Assembly (NCBI GenBank): GCA_964035545.1
Contig: OZ037765.1
Span: 2,728,001 to 2,792,000, forward strand
DNA: 64,000 bases
Origin: Bugula neritina
Lineage: Eukaryota > Animalia > Bryozoa
Direction: 5' to 3'
The position numbers and the translations under genes were made by a program. The notes under the pieces were generated by a model, which saw nothing but the letters and a program-made list of their open reading frames with translations, had not been told where the DNA came from and did no database searches. This document shows, in pieces, positions 28,901 through 56,459 of the stretch; position 1 is the stretch's first letter, and every line of letters begins with the position of its first letter.

Positions 28901-31191
28901 CTAAGATTGTGATCAAGAAATTTAGACCGCTCACCAACCAGTGAAATACAAACAATTTTTTATAAAAATGCTTATAAAAGCCAACTGATGCATACCTTTA
29001 CAGTTCTATGTTTTGTTTTAAGTATTACGGAATGACTACGCCAAGAGGAAGAGCCTTGGTGATTAACAACTACAGATATAGAGATCCTTACGATATCCGG
29101 GAAGGTGCAGAGTACGATGTCAACAACACACGAGCACTGCTAGAAGGACTAGACCTCAATGTTACAGTAGAGCATGATCTCAGAAGAGACGTGAGTAATA
29201 GCTGACTATAGCACTTGCTTAGTTAGACTCAGTTTACAAACTGAGAACTTGAATCTCATAAAACTTGTCATCTCAATGAAAAACTGAGTTACTTGAACTG
29301 AGATTAAAAAATTCAATGGCTTTGTACTAATTTCGAAATTAAATCTCATTTCTTCTCGCAGTTTTTGTTTTATTGTCCCGTGCAATGCGGGCATGTAAAT
29401 TTATTTGCTCTATGTTAAACATCCGATCGAAATGAAGATGTATGATTGAAATGTGATTTTTGGTAAAAGCAAACTTAAAAAGATCATTGTCTAATTCTCA
29501 CTTATTAAAGGCTGTACAGCTTTTTGTTAATATAACTATCACCTTCTTTTTTCAATAACAATGCTGTGCATTTTCATACTTGAGCATTAAAATCGTAAAC
29601 ATAAGCTAAATTACATTTACGTTATGAATTTATAAGTGTTGCAGCATTTTTCTTAAACGTTTAGTTCTGCTGTATCACTCTGATGGATTATGTTCTCAGG
29701 AAATTCTACGGGCTCTGAGAGAAGAGACGAGAGTTATGAGTCATAGGCAGCATGGCATCTTTTTCTTCTTTTTCTTTGGACATGGTGGCGAGAACAACAC
29801 AATTTACGGACAAAACTGGGAGCCTGTAAATCTTGTAGAAATTTACCATCTTCTGAGTCCAATTGCATTCCAGATGTTTGCTGGAAAACCTAAAGTTGTC
29901 ATCATTCAGGCCTGCAGAAAGGGTATGTCTAACTATAATACAATTGTTAAATGTACGGAAAATTATATTACATGTCATTTATACATGTTTTATTACTCCA
30001 TTTATGGTAGTTAACAGGTTATCAGGTTATTTATGTAGCACCTTCAATATTTATACATAGAGAAACTTCTTTTTGTCTTTGCTAGTATATAATGGTAGCT
30101 GTAGATATTTATTAATGTTTCCTTTTTGACATTTCATTTAATTAAAATATTTTTAAAAGCAAATTATTTTTTATATTTTGTACATTCTATTTGGGCACAA
30201 ACATTTCAAAATCTACGATGCATAAAAATAAACAAATTATGTGATAATTCAAAGCTTTCAAGTTATTTTAACATAAAATTTATATTTACATGTAAAACTA
30301 CTTAAATGTGTGAATTTTGGATTCTTTTAGATCGGCTGCCCAATAGCCCTGTCAGACCAACACCAGCTCTCCCTCTCAATATTGATGATTTCCTGATATT
30401 CCGAAGCTGTTTTGAAAGTAACCATATATCTAACTCTGCTTTCATTTTACATTATATTATATGTGCATAATGTAAAGTTAGTTTTGCACATTTTCAATAA
30501 TACTTTCAATATTATTTTAGACCAAAGATCTTTACGACGTCACCGAGCGGGCTCCCTCTTTATCCGTACTATAGTAAAGACTGTAATGAAGCACTGTTGC
30601 CACAGAGACTTGGCCGAATTGTTTAAAATTGTAAGCCTAAAAACTGTTAACTATATTATGTGACCCTGTTATTGGTAGATTGTATTATTTATGAACTCAA
30701 CTATAGTGACAGTATATGATAGCCTGTAAGTTAGCTTGTGTAGCCTTGAGTTTTTCTTAGCAGCCCCTGTGGTGTAATGGTCAGTGTGCCTGCTTTTGCA
30801 AAACCGAAGGTCTCGGGTTCGAACCCCAGTAGGAGCAAAAATTTAACAGCTCTGAATTTGATGCATTAATAACCTTGGAAAAATGAGATTAGCTTAACTT
30901 CTTGTTTTAATCTGTAATGGAGTGAATTTTCACATCTACACTTTAGAAATGAATCAGGGAAATAAGTTTTATACTTGGTGTTATTATTTTCAATAAACCT
31001 TTGAAATAACTGTTTTTATTCTAATTATAATGTATTCAATGACACTTCAGGTCAAGGACAGAGTGCGGACTATAACTAGATTGCTACAAGAAAGGTACCC
31101 AAGAGATTGCGACCCACAAATGCCGATGGTTGAAAATGGTTTGACATCTCGTCGTAGAATCTTGCTTTTCCCTGAATATCATGGAGAGTAA
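22912..31191 (+). CDS. LRR-Roc-COR (ROCO, MFHAS1-like) protein fused to a C-terminal caspase (peptidase C14A) domain, about 1212 aa
   Basis: Coding exons 22912-22918, 23659-23884, 24216-24353, 24832-24969, 25337-25474, 25752-27691, 28094-28171, 28375-28619, 29023-29190, 29700-29922, 30331-30417, 30521-30630 and 31051-31191. All are GT-AG, phases are compatible, total 3639 nt with no internal stop. Motifs: 23-aa LRRs; ROCO hinge LTSPP...GTQAIKNYY; P-loop GETLAGKT; EFGGGQKYQFTH; LTNKD; COR ending in CPHC; caspase PRGRALVINN, R-EGAEYD, FGHG, GKPKVVIIQACRK, DFL, SLR....GSLFI, QMP, LLFP. Confidence 0.9.
23271..23345 (+). mobile_element. tRNA-derived SINE head
   Basis: A box TGGTGTAATGGTTAGCA and B box GGTTCAATTCC; stems are degenerate. 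Confidence 0.65.
25752..27691 (+). CDS. Large exon: last LRRs + Roc GTPase + COR domain of the ROCO-caspase gene
   Basis: Core of ORF 25666-27708; bounded by the ttgcag acceptor and gtaagt donor. Confidence 0.92.
29023..31191 (+). CDS. Caspase domain exons (p20 + p10) of the ROCO-caspase gene
   Basis: Five exons; catalytic His in FGHGG and Cys in QACRK (TGC at 29913-29915). Confidence 0.92.
30764..30836 (+). mobile_element. tRNA-derived SINE head (pseudo-tRNA) in last intron of the ROCO-caspase gene
   Basis: A box TGGTGTAATGG and B box GGTTCGAACCC; anticodon stem is imperfect. Confidence 0.7.
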
Positions 31192-32041
31192 TTGAATATT
31201 TTTAGAAACTGTTTTGCCTCATTAGTGTCTGATAGATATTTTATTGTTTTAAAAAAATATCATATGGTTTTATTTTTTACTTTTTTTGCTTTATGTAATG
31301 CAAGACCAAAAATTTATCACTAGATAAATTTGTTTAGCCCTATTTTAGTACAAAATCAAAAAGTTCTATATTAAAAGTTTAATTCCACTTAGAATTTTCT
31401 TTTAACTAATATTAAAAATTTTAGATTTGTTAAGCCATACTAATATTTTGCACATTTGATTTACATTTCTGCAGAGAAAAATAGAAAACATTATAATTTA
31501 GCTTCCAAAGTAATATTATAGTAATAACTTACGAGATACTGAAAGTCGTAGACAATGGAATGTAGTTTTTTAATTTAACCTAAGTAGTTTCAGTGAGCTG
31601 TGAGTTTGTAAGGTAGGTGACGAGCCCCGACTTATTATTCAAGTTGTTATATGCTAAGACATCTGCTATGTTTTGCAATTTATCAATCAGCGTTCCTAGT
31701 CATTTCTATTTTGCTTCTCAGAACAAATTTGATAAATTAACTTTATTTATTACACACTAAATATATCATCAATTTTTTGCTTGTTTTATACAAATTTAGC
31801 TGCTATAAATATACTTTTATTTTACAATCTACAAACATTACAGATTTTTATCTTCTAAATATGCTTGCAAACTATAGCTATATATATGCTTCTATCTAAC
31901 AGTCTTAGCCTATATATTGAATTATATATACGTATATATTTATCTGAACAGTTATATAAAATATTTCTCAGCAACTAAGAAATTAAAAGAATATCCATGC
32001 AGATGTGTTATCTAACCAACTCCTAACACATTAATAATACA

Positions 32042-32156
32042 GTGTGAGTGTGTGTGTGAGTGTGTGTGTGCGTGTGTGTGTATGCGTGTGTGTGTGCGGT
32101 GTGTGTGTGTGTGCGGTGTGTGTGGTGTGTGTGTGCGTGTATGTGTGTGTGTGTGC

Positions 32157-32192
<36 letters not shown>

Positions 32193-32587
32193 GTGTGTGT
32201 GGTGTGTGTATGTGTGGTGTGCGCATGCGTGTGTGTATGAGTGTGAGTGCGTGTGTGTGTATGTGTGTGTAAGTGTGTGTGTGTGTGTGTGTGTGTGCGT
32301 GTGTATGTGTGTGAGTGTGTGTGTGTGAGTGTGTGTGTGAGTGTGTGTGTGCGTGTGTGTGTATGCGTGTGTGTGTGCGGTGTGTGTGTGTGCGGTGTGT
32401 GTGGTGTGTGTGTGCGTGTATGTGTGTGTGTGTGCGGTGTGTGTGTGTGTGTGTGTGCGGTGTGTGTGGTGTGTGTGCGTGTGTGTATGTGTGGTGTGCG
32501 CATGCGTGTGTGTATGAGTGTGAGTGCGTGTGTGTGTATGTGTGTGTAAGTGTGTGTGTAAGTGTGTGTGTGTGTGCGTGTGTATGT

Positions 32588-32621
<34 letters not shown>

Positions 32622-32807
32622 GTGTGTGTGCGTGTGTGTGCGTGTGTGTATGTGTGTGAGTGTGTGTGTGTATGTGTGTGAGTGTGTGTGGTGTGTGCAT
32701 GTGTATGCGTGTGTGTGTGTGTATGTGTGGTGTGCGCGTGCGTGTGTGTATGAGTGTGTGTGCATGTATGTGTGTGTGTGTATGTATGTGTGTGTGAGTG
32801 TGTGAGT

Positions 32808-32846
<39 letters not shown>

Positions 32847-32847
32847 T

Positions 32848-32900
<53 letters not shown>

Positions 32901-32923
32901 TGTGTGAGTGTGTGTGTGTGTGT
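32042..32923. repeat. Compound (TG)n microsatellite with higher-order repeats, about 880 bp
   Basis: TG runs interrupted by recurring gcg/gag/tat variants; source of the His-Thr and Cys-Val ORFs. Confidence 0.97.
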
Positions 32924-34136
32924 AGTTTCCTCTTCTTTTTCACTTTGCAAGCAACTGATTGCAAAAATGACGTAAACACTTTTTTACAAAAAATTGTCAA
33001 AATATATTTTTGGAATAAAACGACATCTACAATAAAAACTGGTCACTCTCCATTTGCTTTGTTTTTCTTGTATATTCAATTTCAACTAGATGATGATAAA
33101 ACAGCTACACCAGCTTCATGCATTTGGCCTTATCTAAGTAACACATACAGGCTATTGAAAACGAAAACAATCCAGAAAAAAGTAATAATTGAAAGTTCAA
33201 GTTTTCCAATATAAAAATTAACATCTTTGAATTTTTAGCCACAACTCAATACTGAACACATGAGCACTTCTAGGAAAAGTCAAAGCAAAATGTGTGTCTA
33301 TATCCAGATTAAATAGTGCAAACAATATTCTTTGTTAAAATAGGGTTTGATGTAGTTCTAGTATCAGGTTTAGGGGCTGTAAAAATAAACAATAACCATG
33401 TCCAACCGGCATTGAGTTAGTGAAAACTAAATAGATTGTTTTGTCTGACAACACAAGCCATTCAAAGTCTTATTAATAAGTGATCTGTACATGAAAGAAA
33501 CGTATTTAAACAATAAATTGAACAGCGGATAATAACACCGTTTGCTAAACCATAAGTTAATACAGAAATATATAAACAATATTAGAGCAAACTTAACCTC
33601 TGCCTAATTTGGTTACGAACCCTTATTTTGATGAGAATGCAACTTCTTATCTGCATTTCCTATATTATAATGCAAAGCTGGCAGCTAATATTTTACTGCC
33701 CCTGCTTGTTTGGCATTCCGCGCAAAGAAAACTGTATAATGCAGCTCTATTATAGTAAATACTGTCTATAGTATGCCCATAGCTGTATATTATAGTTACA
33801 TAGTATATGCTACCTATAATATAACCATACTAATTTTTATCGTCGACATATTCCAAAATGCACGTGGAAATGCGAGCTAATGTTTATACGCTGATATAAT
33901 ACACCTACTAAAAACTGCGCCATATGAATGCTATATTGTCTAACTCCATTATTCTAATCAAACTTTTTGTAGGTGACAAATATTTACCTTAACAATACTC
34001 AAATCTGGCTATTATTAAATTTATTGATGGAGTCAGCAAAGCTGGATAATGTTACAACGTTTTGGTACAAGGCTGATGGGCGAATTAATCAATGGTCAGA
34101 ACTATTTTTTCAGGCAATACTTTTTCCGATACCTTA

Positions 34137-34236
<100 letters not shown>

Positions 34237-34387
34237 TATACGCTTTACTATATTGCGCATGACTAGAAGTCCTTCTTGAAGTTGTGGCTTTCTTTTTGCT
34301 GACTATCCCTGATCAGGTATATAAGTCAGCTGGTTTATCCCTCTGAGTGAGTCCCATCACTATGTGTGTGTGTGTGAGTGTGTGAGT

Positions 34388-34418
<31 letters not shown>

Positions 34419-35035
34419 AGTGTGTGAGTGGTGAATTGGTGTAGGAGGAAGTTTCTGTAGAACAGGGTGTGTTATAACAGCTAGGCAATTCACTATTAGA
34501 GGGAAACTTTAGTACTGAGAGGTAATATTGTGTTGTAGCTCATCGGTGGTTCTACATCTCAACAGATTCAAGGGAAGCTTGCTCCTGGAGATGTGACCAT
34601 ATTAGCGGGTTTGCATACTAGCCATAGACATGGGGAAATAAGATTATTCAGAATATGAAATGTATTGGCAGATAATTAGCATGATTGGAAACTTAGTGCA
34701 GATTGTATATTACTTAGAACTTGTCACCCTTATCAAGTAGCTCTGTTATATGATGAGCTAGAATTCCATGCTCAAAGAAAAACTTTTAGCATGTTATCAG
34801 GATACAGCACCTGTTGTGATGGATTGGCTACACAACTTTTAGTAGAACCTGTATAATTTTCATTACAGTAAATTTCACCATATTATTAACCTCCTTTAAC
34901 ATACTTTTGCTTTCATTATCTTTTAATTCATAATAGTAAAATTCTTGTTCATTTCCTACTGACAGTGACATCATACTTGTGCGCATGGCTAAAGTGTATT
35001 GCATCATCTTTGTGGCTATTATAGCTTAAGCCTTA

Positions 35036-35332
35036 CCCCCTGTTCACACATTGCTGTATCGTACGCCGTATATATCAGCATTTTTTACAAATGTCTGAGC
35101 TTCCTGTACGGTGCTACGGTACGTTAGGATCAAGCACTGCTTGATTCAAACTAGTTGCGGCGGGTTCCTATTGGACAGAAAAACTTTTACGTCAGCTCTT
35201 TCGATAAAATTGTCCAATGAAATGTCTTATATATTACCTAATAGCGGACTTGGTAAACTTCAGCCCGGGCACATTAAAGATGGCTGATATGTTACATTAT
35301 GGCGTACGATATGGCAATGTGTGAACAGGGGG
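35036..35332. mobile_element. MITE, PIF/Harbinger (Tourist)-like, 297 bp
   Basis: TIR CCCCCTGTTCACACATTGC / GCAATGTGTGAACAGGGGG, extending imperfectly to about 33 bp; TTA on both flanks. Confidence 0.85.
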
Positions 35333-35455
35333 TTAATGTAATGGCATCACGTAATGGAATCACACTACGTACTTATACAAGTAAACCAGTTGAAAGTTAT
35401 TACTATAGTCATCAGCCCATAGTTTTTATACACTGATTTGCAAGAGAATATATTA

Positions 35456-35945
35456 TAGGGGTAACAACGGGGCACAACGGTCATAGGGGTACAAAAAGCC
35501 GGTCGAATTTTGAGAGAACTTATTGACTTAGAGTTGTGATTTTTTTCTTTAATAAAAAGGCAATGACATAATTATTCAGCCATTATAGTTTTCAACACTT
35601 GCAGAGCATACATGTTGAACAGGCCAATACAAAATTGTTTTTACACTCTACTTTTTGTAAATTTTTTAAGATGTCATTGAAGCTTTATAAATTTTCACAC
35701 TCAAATGTAACAAGCCTAGTTTTTACTGATATTGTTTCCATAATAGAAAATTTGAAAATGATTTTTCCTTGAGCCATATTTATTTATCAGATGCAACCAA
35801 ATTAGCAAAGTTTTAATATATTTTTTGTGCCCCATCCAGTGGCCCATTGTACCCGATAACGCAGCACAATGGGCTAGTTTTTTCGTCATAAAAATTTCAT
35901 TATTCTGAAAGTTCTTTTTTATTCTGAAAGAACGTTTAATATAAA
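35456..35945. mobile_element. Probable non-autonomous DNA transposon fragment
   Basis: ggggcaca / ggggtacaa motifs at 35457-35495 with inverted counterparts tgtgcccc / ttgtaccc at 35826-35854; interrupts the paralog homology. Boundaries are approximate. Confidence 0.4.
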
Positions 35946-37114
35946 TTACCATTGCAGCAATTTTAAACTAGCAATTGTTATTTAAATTTCATATGCTTTA
36001 TGCAACATTTAGATGTTATATATTGTCTTCATATTACATAAAAACAATATATAGGCATGTAATATTTTTGGAAACTGTATTAGAAAACCGTTATTTTGCA
36101 AAACACAATATTTATCTGCTTGGTATAAAACATTTACCTGCATAGTAAAATATTGATGCCAGGAAAAGATTCAAGTACAATTGCTTCTTATCTATAACAT
36201 ACACAGTTCTTAGTCTATTTAAATGCCTTTAATTAACATCAAGGGTCTCGAAAGCATGAAGACATGAGTGAGAGTAAATAATGCAATGATACTTACAAAA
36301 AGGCAAAACTTAAAAGCTATTGAATTATCTATTGCATTAAATGCATTTGCTTAATAATAACAATACTAAATAAAAAGTAAAACAAATTAATATGTATTAG
36401 GCTGTTATCATAATATCAGGCCCACATGCCTTCTACAAAAACCAGTATCAACTCGCTGTTTTATTTAAATTTCTAACTTACATATACTCATAAATTCGAA
36501 TCACATTGTGTATGCTGGTTTTATTGTAATTTTATAGATCAGAAATATCAGAGGAAAATATGAAGAACTCGAAAATAATTGTTAATAACGATCAACCAAA
36601 TGACCTGTTCAGCGGTATAACTTGTTTTCTAATTTATTTTACTTATGTCATGGCTTTTGGTTGTAACTCAGGTTATAAATTCGCATCTGCAGATTAACGA
36701 TTCAAATTTGTTTAAAAGCTATTATTTTAAAAGTACATTTTATTTTTCAGAAAGACCCTTGAAATGTTTTGTTAGTTTATGTCTAATAGATGATGAAGAC
36801 GAGAACGATATAGGAAACATTGAAGAAGTTCTTCGCAATGAGGAAACTGTTTCTAATGCTGAGCCATCAAGTATTGAACCATCTTCATTCGGTGCAGCAG
36901 TTGCAGGTAAACATGACAGTACAGAGAGTTTAGTGAACTAGGCTGTGATTTGGGAAATAAAACCTCACTGATGTCCTTTATTGTATTATAATTTTAACAT
37001 TACACTGATTGGCACCATTTGACAGTGATTAACATCTATTGACAGCTATTGACATCGTCAAGATTATAATTGCAATGTAAAACTTACACAATCTCAGCAT
37101 AAACATATATAAAC

Positions 37115-37206
37115 AAACTCCAAACTCCAAACCCCAAACCCCAAACCCCAAACCCCAAACCCCAAACCCTCTCTCACAAATAGTTTGTATAGAGAGAAAA
37201 ACAGAA

Positions 37207-37278
<72 letters not shown>
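37115..37278. repeat. (AAACCCC)n heptamer repeat followed by (TA)n
   Basis: About 8 units at 37115-37169 (first two are AAACTCC); TA run at 37209-37278. Confidence 0.9.
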
Positions 37279-37280
<2 letters not shown>

Positions 37281-38009
37281 TACATAGCATCTCTTGCATG
37301 CCAATAGTATTGTGTATATAAGGTGTTGTATGCAGGCCACCCCTATACCATGCATATTTTTTTATTGCTCCGGCTAGAATTATATAGTTGTGCTTTCTAT
37401 GCAAAGCGAGAGGGACTGTTTTTTTCTTCAAACACAACTTTTATTGGGTATTTAATCATGAAATAGCAACATGAAATATATAAAAAAGTTGCGGAATTTA
37501 CAATAAACCACTGTTTTCTGGCTTTAAGAAACCATATTTTTCAAAACCTGTTCATTTTACTTTCATTCCCAAGTTATTTCATCGTCTTGTTTGCAAAAAG
37601 TAAAGTTATATCTACATTAGACATCTATGCTGGCAAAAATTCTCTAAAAGATTCATGCTTAAAGACATATTAAATCAAATGAACGCTAATAAGTTGATAT
37701 AGAATTTATACATTATTAATTAAAATAATATGTATATAAGAAATACTATATCCAAATAATTTTTGCACTCCTACTTCATAAAATAGCTCAGGAAAAAAAA
37801 TTTGATTATTCAGTGTTTTATTTAATCAAATTTCAATTAATCATGTTTTTGTTAAAACTTTAGTCAAATTGAGAATATATATTTATATATGACATTTCAG
37901 ATAACGGAGAGAGTTATGAAAATGCAGAAATCACAAACGCCAACTCTCGAGGATCATCTGAGGCGTAAACTCATGCTTTTTCCTGGGTATAACGGAAAGT
38001 AATTGGATT

Positions 38010-38093
38010 TTTTTAAAAACTGTTTTGCCTTATAAGAAATGTCTTATATATATATATAAGACACTTCTTATAGGGCAAAACAGTTTTTAAAAA
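38010..38093. repeat. Near-perfect palindrome with about 42-bp arms
   Basis: tttttaaaaactgttttgccttataagaaatgtcttatata / tatataagacacttcttatagggcaaaacagtttttaaaaa (2 mismatches). Confidence 0.95.
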
Positions 38094-39897
38094 GATATTA
38101 TAATGTTTTGAAAATATCGTTATGATTTAATTTTTTTGCTTTTTTGCTTTATATGTGATGCAAGACTAGGCAACCTAATTAAAACGTAAAATATTTGTCA
38201 ATTTTAATACATAATCAGAAGCTAGCTGTTAAGTTAGAGATTTGTTGCCATTTAAAATTTTTGTTCATTATTGTTCAAAGATTCAGAATTGTTGAGACTA
38301 AAGGTGCATGCATGAGTATAGTTTGAACACTTGAATTTTACTTTTGCAAAAGAGAAAACAAAAAAGAGTATTATTTAGCTTTCGGTGATAATTTATGAGA
38401 ATTTACTGCAGTCGTGGATGATGGAATTTAGTTTTCTTATCTTAAGCTTTGTTTTGAAAATATTTGCTAGTCTTTGTTATTTGTCAGTCAACATTCCTAG
38501 TTGTTTCTATTTTGCTTCTCAGAACATGCATGTGCAATTATTCTATAATATAAATACATCTGCTAATTAATCTATATGTCTTTTGCATTACACTAATAAT
38601 TTTTTTACAAATAAATTTAAATATAATCAGGTATTTTTTAAATTTTGCTATAGCAAAGTTTGAAAAATACTTTTTCCATATTTTTTTAAATTATTAGCTA
38701 AATAACAGAGGTTTCAGCGTTGGTGTTTGCATCACTTTTAGTAAGCAAAATTTGCAAATGCAATTAATCTTCCAAGTGATATATTAAACTATAAAGATGT
38801 TCCTATTTGATGGTAATAATATATTAAAGCAAATAGTGTTCTGTTCTATAATTAAATTCTATGCGCCTGTGTTTTGTCAGGAATTAGAACTATGAAGTCT
38901 CTGCTCAGCTTTCTCTTGGATATATTTGAAATCAGCATGTCATGGAAATACCCAGGAGAGTGTAATTTTACAAATTTTGAACTTAATTTACTTTTGGGTC
39001 CTATGACGTAGTGTCTATATATAGTCCCCCCATCTAGTTATAGTTTAATAGTTATGCACCCTGGCTTGCCAGTTGGAAGACTGTGGTTTAAATTACAGTG
39101 GAGGCAATTACTTAGCAAGCTATTCCTACCTTGATACTACTACACTGTACAGACTTCTCAAAAAATACATGAAAGTAACAGCATAAGCTTGTTTGAATAC
39201 AACTTTTCAGCCTTGTATATTGTATACCTTAACAACATATTTTGACTGTGTATTTGTTACCACTGAAAGCTTCACAACACTTCAAACACTAAGATAGTTG
39301 CACAACCATTGATAAAAAGTTATAGCAATCTAATAATATGATATAAAGCAATGAACATTCCATTAGTTATAGACTCATATTATTGCACTTATCAAAGCTG
39401 ATAAGTAATCAACAACTGGAGTTAAAATATTGCGTCACACTTGGATAAGGATTGTACAAGGAAACATATAGGCCTCTTGACTTTAGTTTCGGAGAGAAAT
39501 ATATACTAGTCAGTGTTAACTGTGACACCAGGATTTTAGTTCTCACACTACACCATCCACTGCAGGTATAGCAATCACACTATATTCTTATAACAGATAA
39601 TTCTAAGAGAGGAGACAGATTGATTTGCATGAAACATGATGTTGTTTACAGAGTAAATTATGATTCTATAAGCTGATGGGATAAAGCTACTATGTCTGTT
39701 TTTGTGTATAATCAAACAATGTTTATGCATAACTTAGTTCCTTGTAGTCTACCCGAGTAGCTTGATTAGTTGACAGTTGATGAATCTGTGAGTGAAGCGC
39801 CTGCTTGTTTTTATCGTTTTATAGTCACATATGCTAAGGAAGGCTCACAGTACACTTCTACTATAATTATTATCTATCGTTTGTAGAGTGAAACATA

Positions 39898-45473
<5,576 letters not shown>

Positions 45474-46533
45474 AGGAGCAGATGCTTGGTGCTACGCATA
45501 ATATTATATTATTCTATTTTTGATCAAGTGATTACTAAAGGAGAAATGGCCAAAATGATTGTATATCGTATTGATAATATACTTGAATTCTTTATCTTTG
45601 CATTATTTTATACTGAGCGAATGACCGCATTTAACAGTTTTAAAGTGTCTTGCTAGAGTCGTTATTTTCTCAATACCGTGTTTGATTATACAGTTTGTTA
45701 AAAAGTTAGAACAAATTTTGCAATTGAAACTACAATTTGTCAAAATAAAGTGTGATTGCAAAGTATTACCTTTTAAAGAATTTTCTTGATTTTTATTTAA
45801 CAATAAAATATCAGTCAGAAATATGTTTGTGTGCAGCTTGATAAGAAAACTCTACTTGTCACTACATTCAGTAACTCAAACATTGTCTGCCATAAATTTC
45901 TAAAGATTATTATATATGTTTATTGAATACTGGTTTATTAATTTTAATATGGCTTATTTTATGTACTTCTTGCACGTTGCGTACTAATGCAATAAAAACT
46001 GGCTAGCAGTTATTTTCTACATTGATAAGAAAATTTAAACTCTTATCTTCACTAAATATGCTTTAATCCTATATGTGTAGCATGCATATATGTGGCGCAT
46101 AATGCATATTGTATGCATGTGTGTATATGGAGGAATATTTTTAGTCTTTTATCGAAACTGCTATTGCAGCTAGTACAGTTGAATGCTATATACAAAGTGT
46201 AGCATATTATAGAATAGGTAGATCAGTATTTACTATCGATGAATAGTGCTTGAAAGAACACGCACACATAGGTATGCAGTTTCCTAGCTTGCATGTATTC
46301 AGATTAATGGTTGGAAAATGATATAAGTTGCAATTCGTCACACTTATCCAAATCATATGCTCTATATGTTATATATACTTAACTCATACAACTATAATAC
46401 AGGTAATTATTACTAGTTTGTGTATATATAACCTACTCTAATAAAGATAACATATTGTATTATATAAATACATCACTGCTATTGTCTGCTTGGACTTATT
46501 TCATGCTCTCCAACACTTCAAATCTCTTACAAC

Positions 46534-55603
<9,070 letters not shown>

Positions 55604-56459
55604 ACGCTATTGGATACTATAATCAGTGCTATTCCAGACAATAAAAACATCTAAAGATTGATTTATAAATAGAAAAAACACAAAAACAATAAGTTAAATA
55701 AATTTAAAAGAAATTTTTGTCTAAATGCATCTATTTTGCCTGGAGATTGTAATAAAAAATATATAGCAATTATACAATGTTTAGTATTGCTTATCAGGCA
55801 GTGATGAGCAATTTGTATTAATTTCAAACTTAATCAACTTAACAAGCAATTGCTATAAATTACTTTGTTTCATAGCTTTAAATAATTTTAAAAGCATTTT
55901 AAATTTTAAGCTATCCAAAGCTATCCAAAATCTAGTAGCACCAGAACCACAAGCTTGGTAACCTGGTCACCATGCAGTCAAGAATTTAGGAACCATACAT
56001 AAGTTTAGTGTTTCTTTCTAAGTCTTCTTTCCAAGCAGTTGTCCTATAATTAAAGACTAAGGAGGAATGAGGTAATGGTATTATAATTATGTTTATGTTT
56101 ACTGTTATATATTTGTAATTATAACTTCTGATAGCTCTATGTATATATATGTATATGTCAGGGTCAAATTTTCAGAGCCCAATAAACAAGTGGCCAAAGT
56201 GATTGAGCTGTACTAGTGTTAGTAATAATACTGTGCTTGCAGTTGTCATGTAAGTGAGAATCAATACTAATTTGTTAACATATATATAGGATTCATAAAC
56301 ACTTTGGTATGTTAACCCTTGAGTTAGTACGGTCACCAGTTTATCTTCAACCACCATCTTATTTCCTGACCATATAAGTTATAAATAACAGTTGAATGTC
56401 AACAACAATTTTGTAACTGACAAGCTAATTTTAATTATTTTACTAATGCTATCAGCTAA

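Noticed and set aside
30764-30836. Functional tRNA gene
   Set aside because: Acceptor and anticodon stems are mismatched and several diverged copies are dispersed in the window, which fits a SINE head
32012-33000. Long His-Thr and Cys-Val ORFs (up to 325 aa)
   Set aside because: Translations of a (TG)n microsatellite; the same applies to the ORFs at 2651-2906 and 48884-49477
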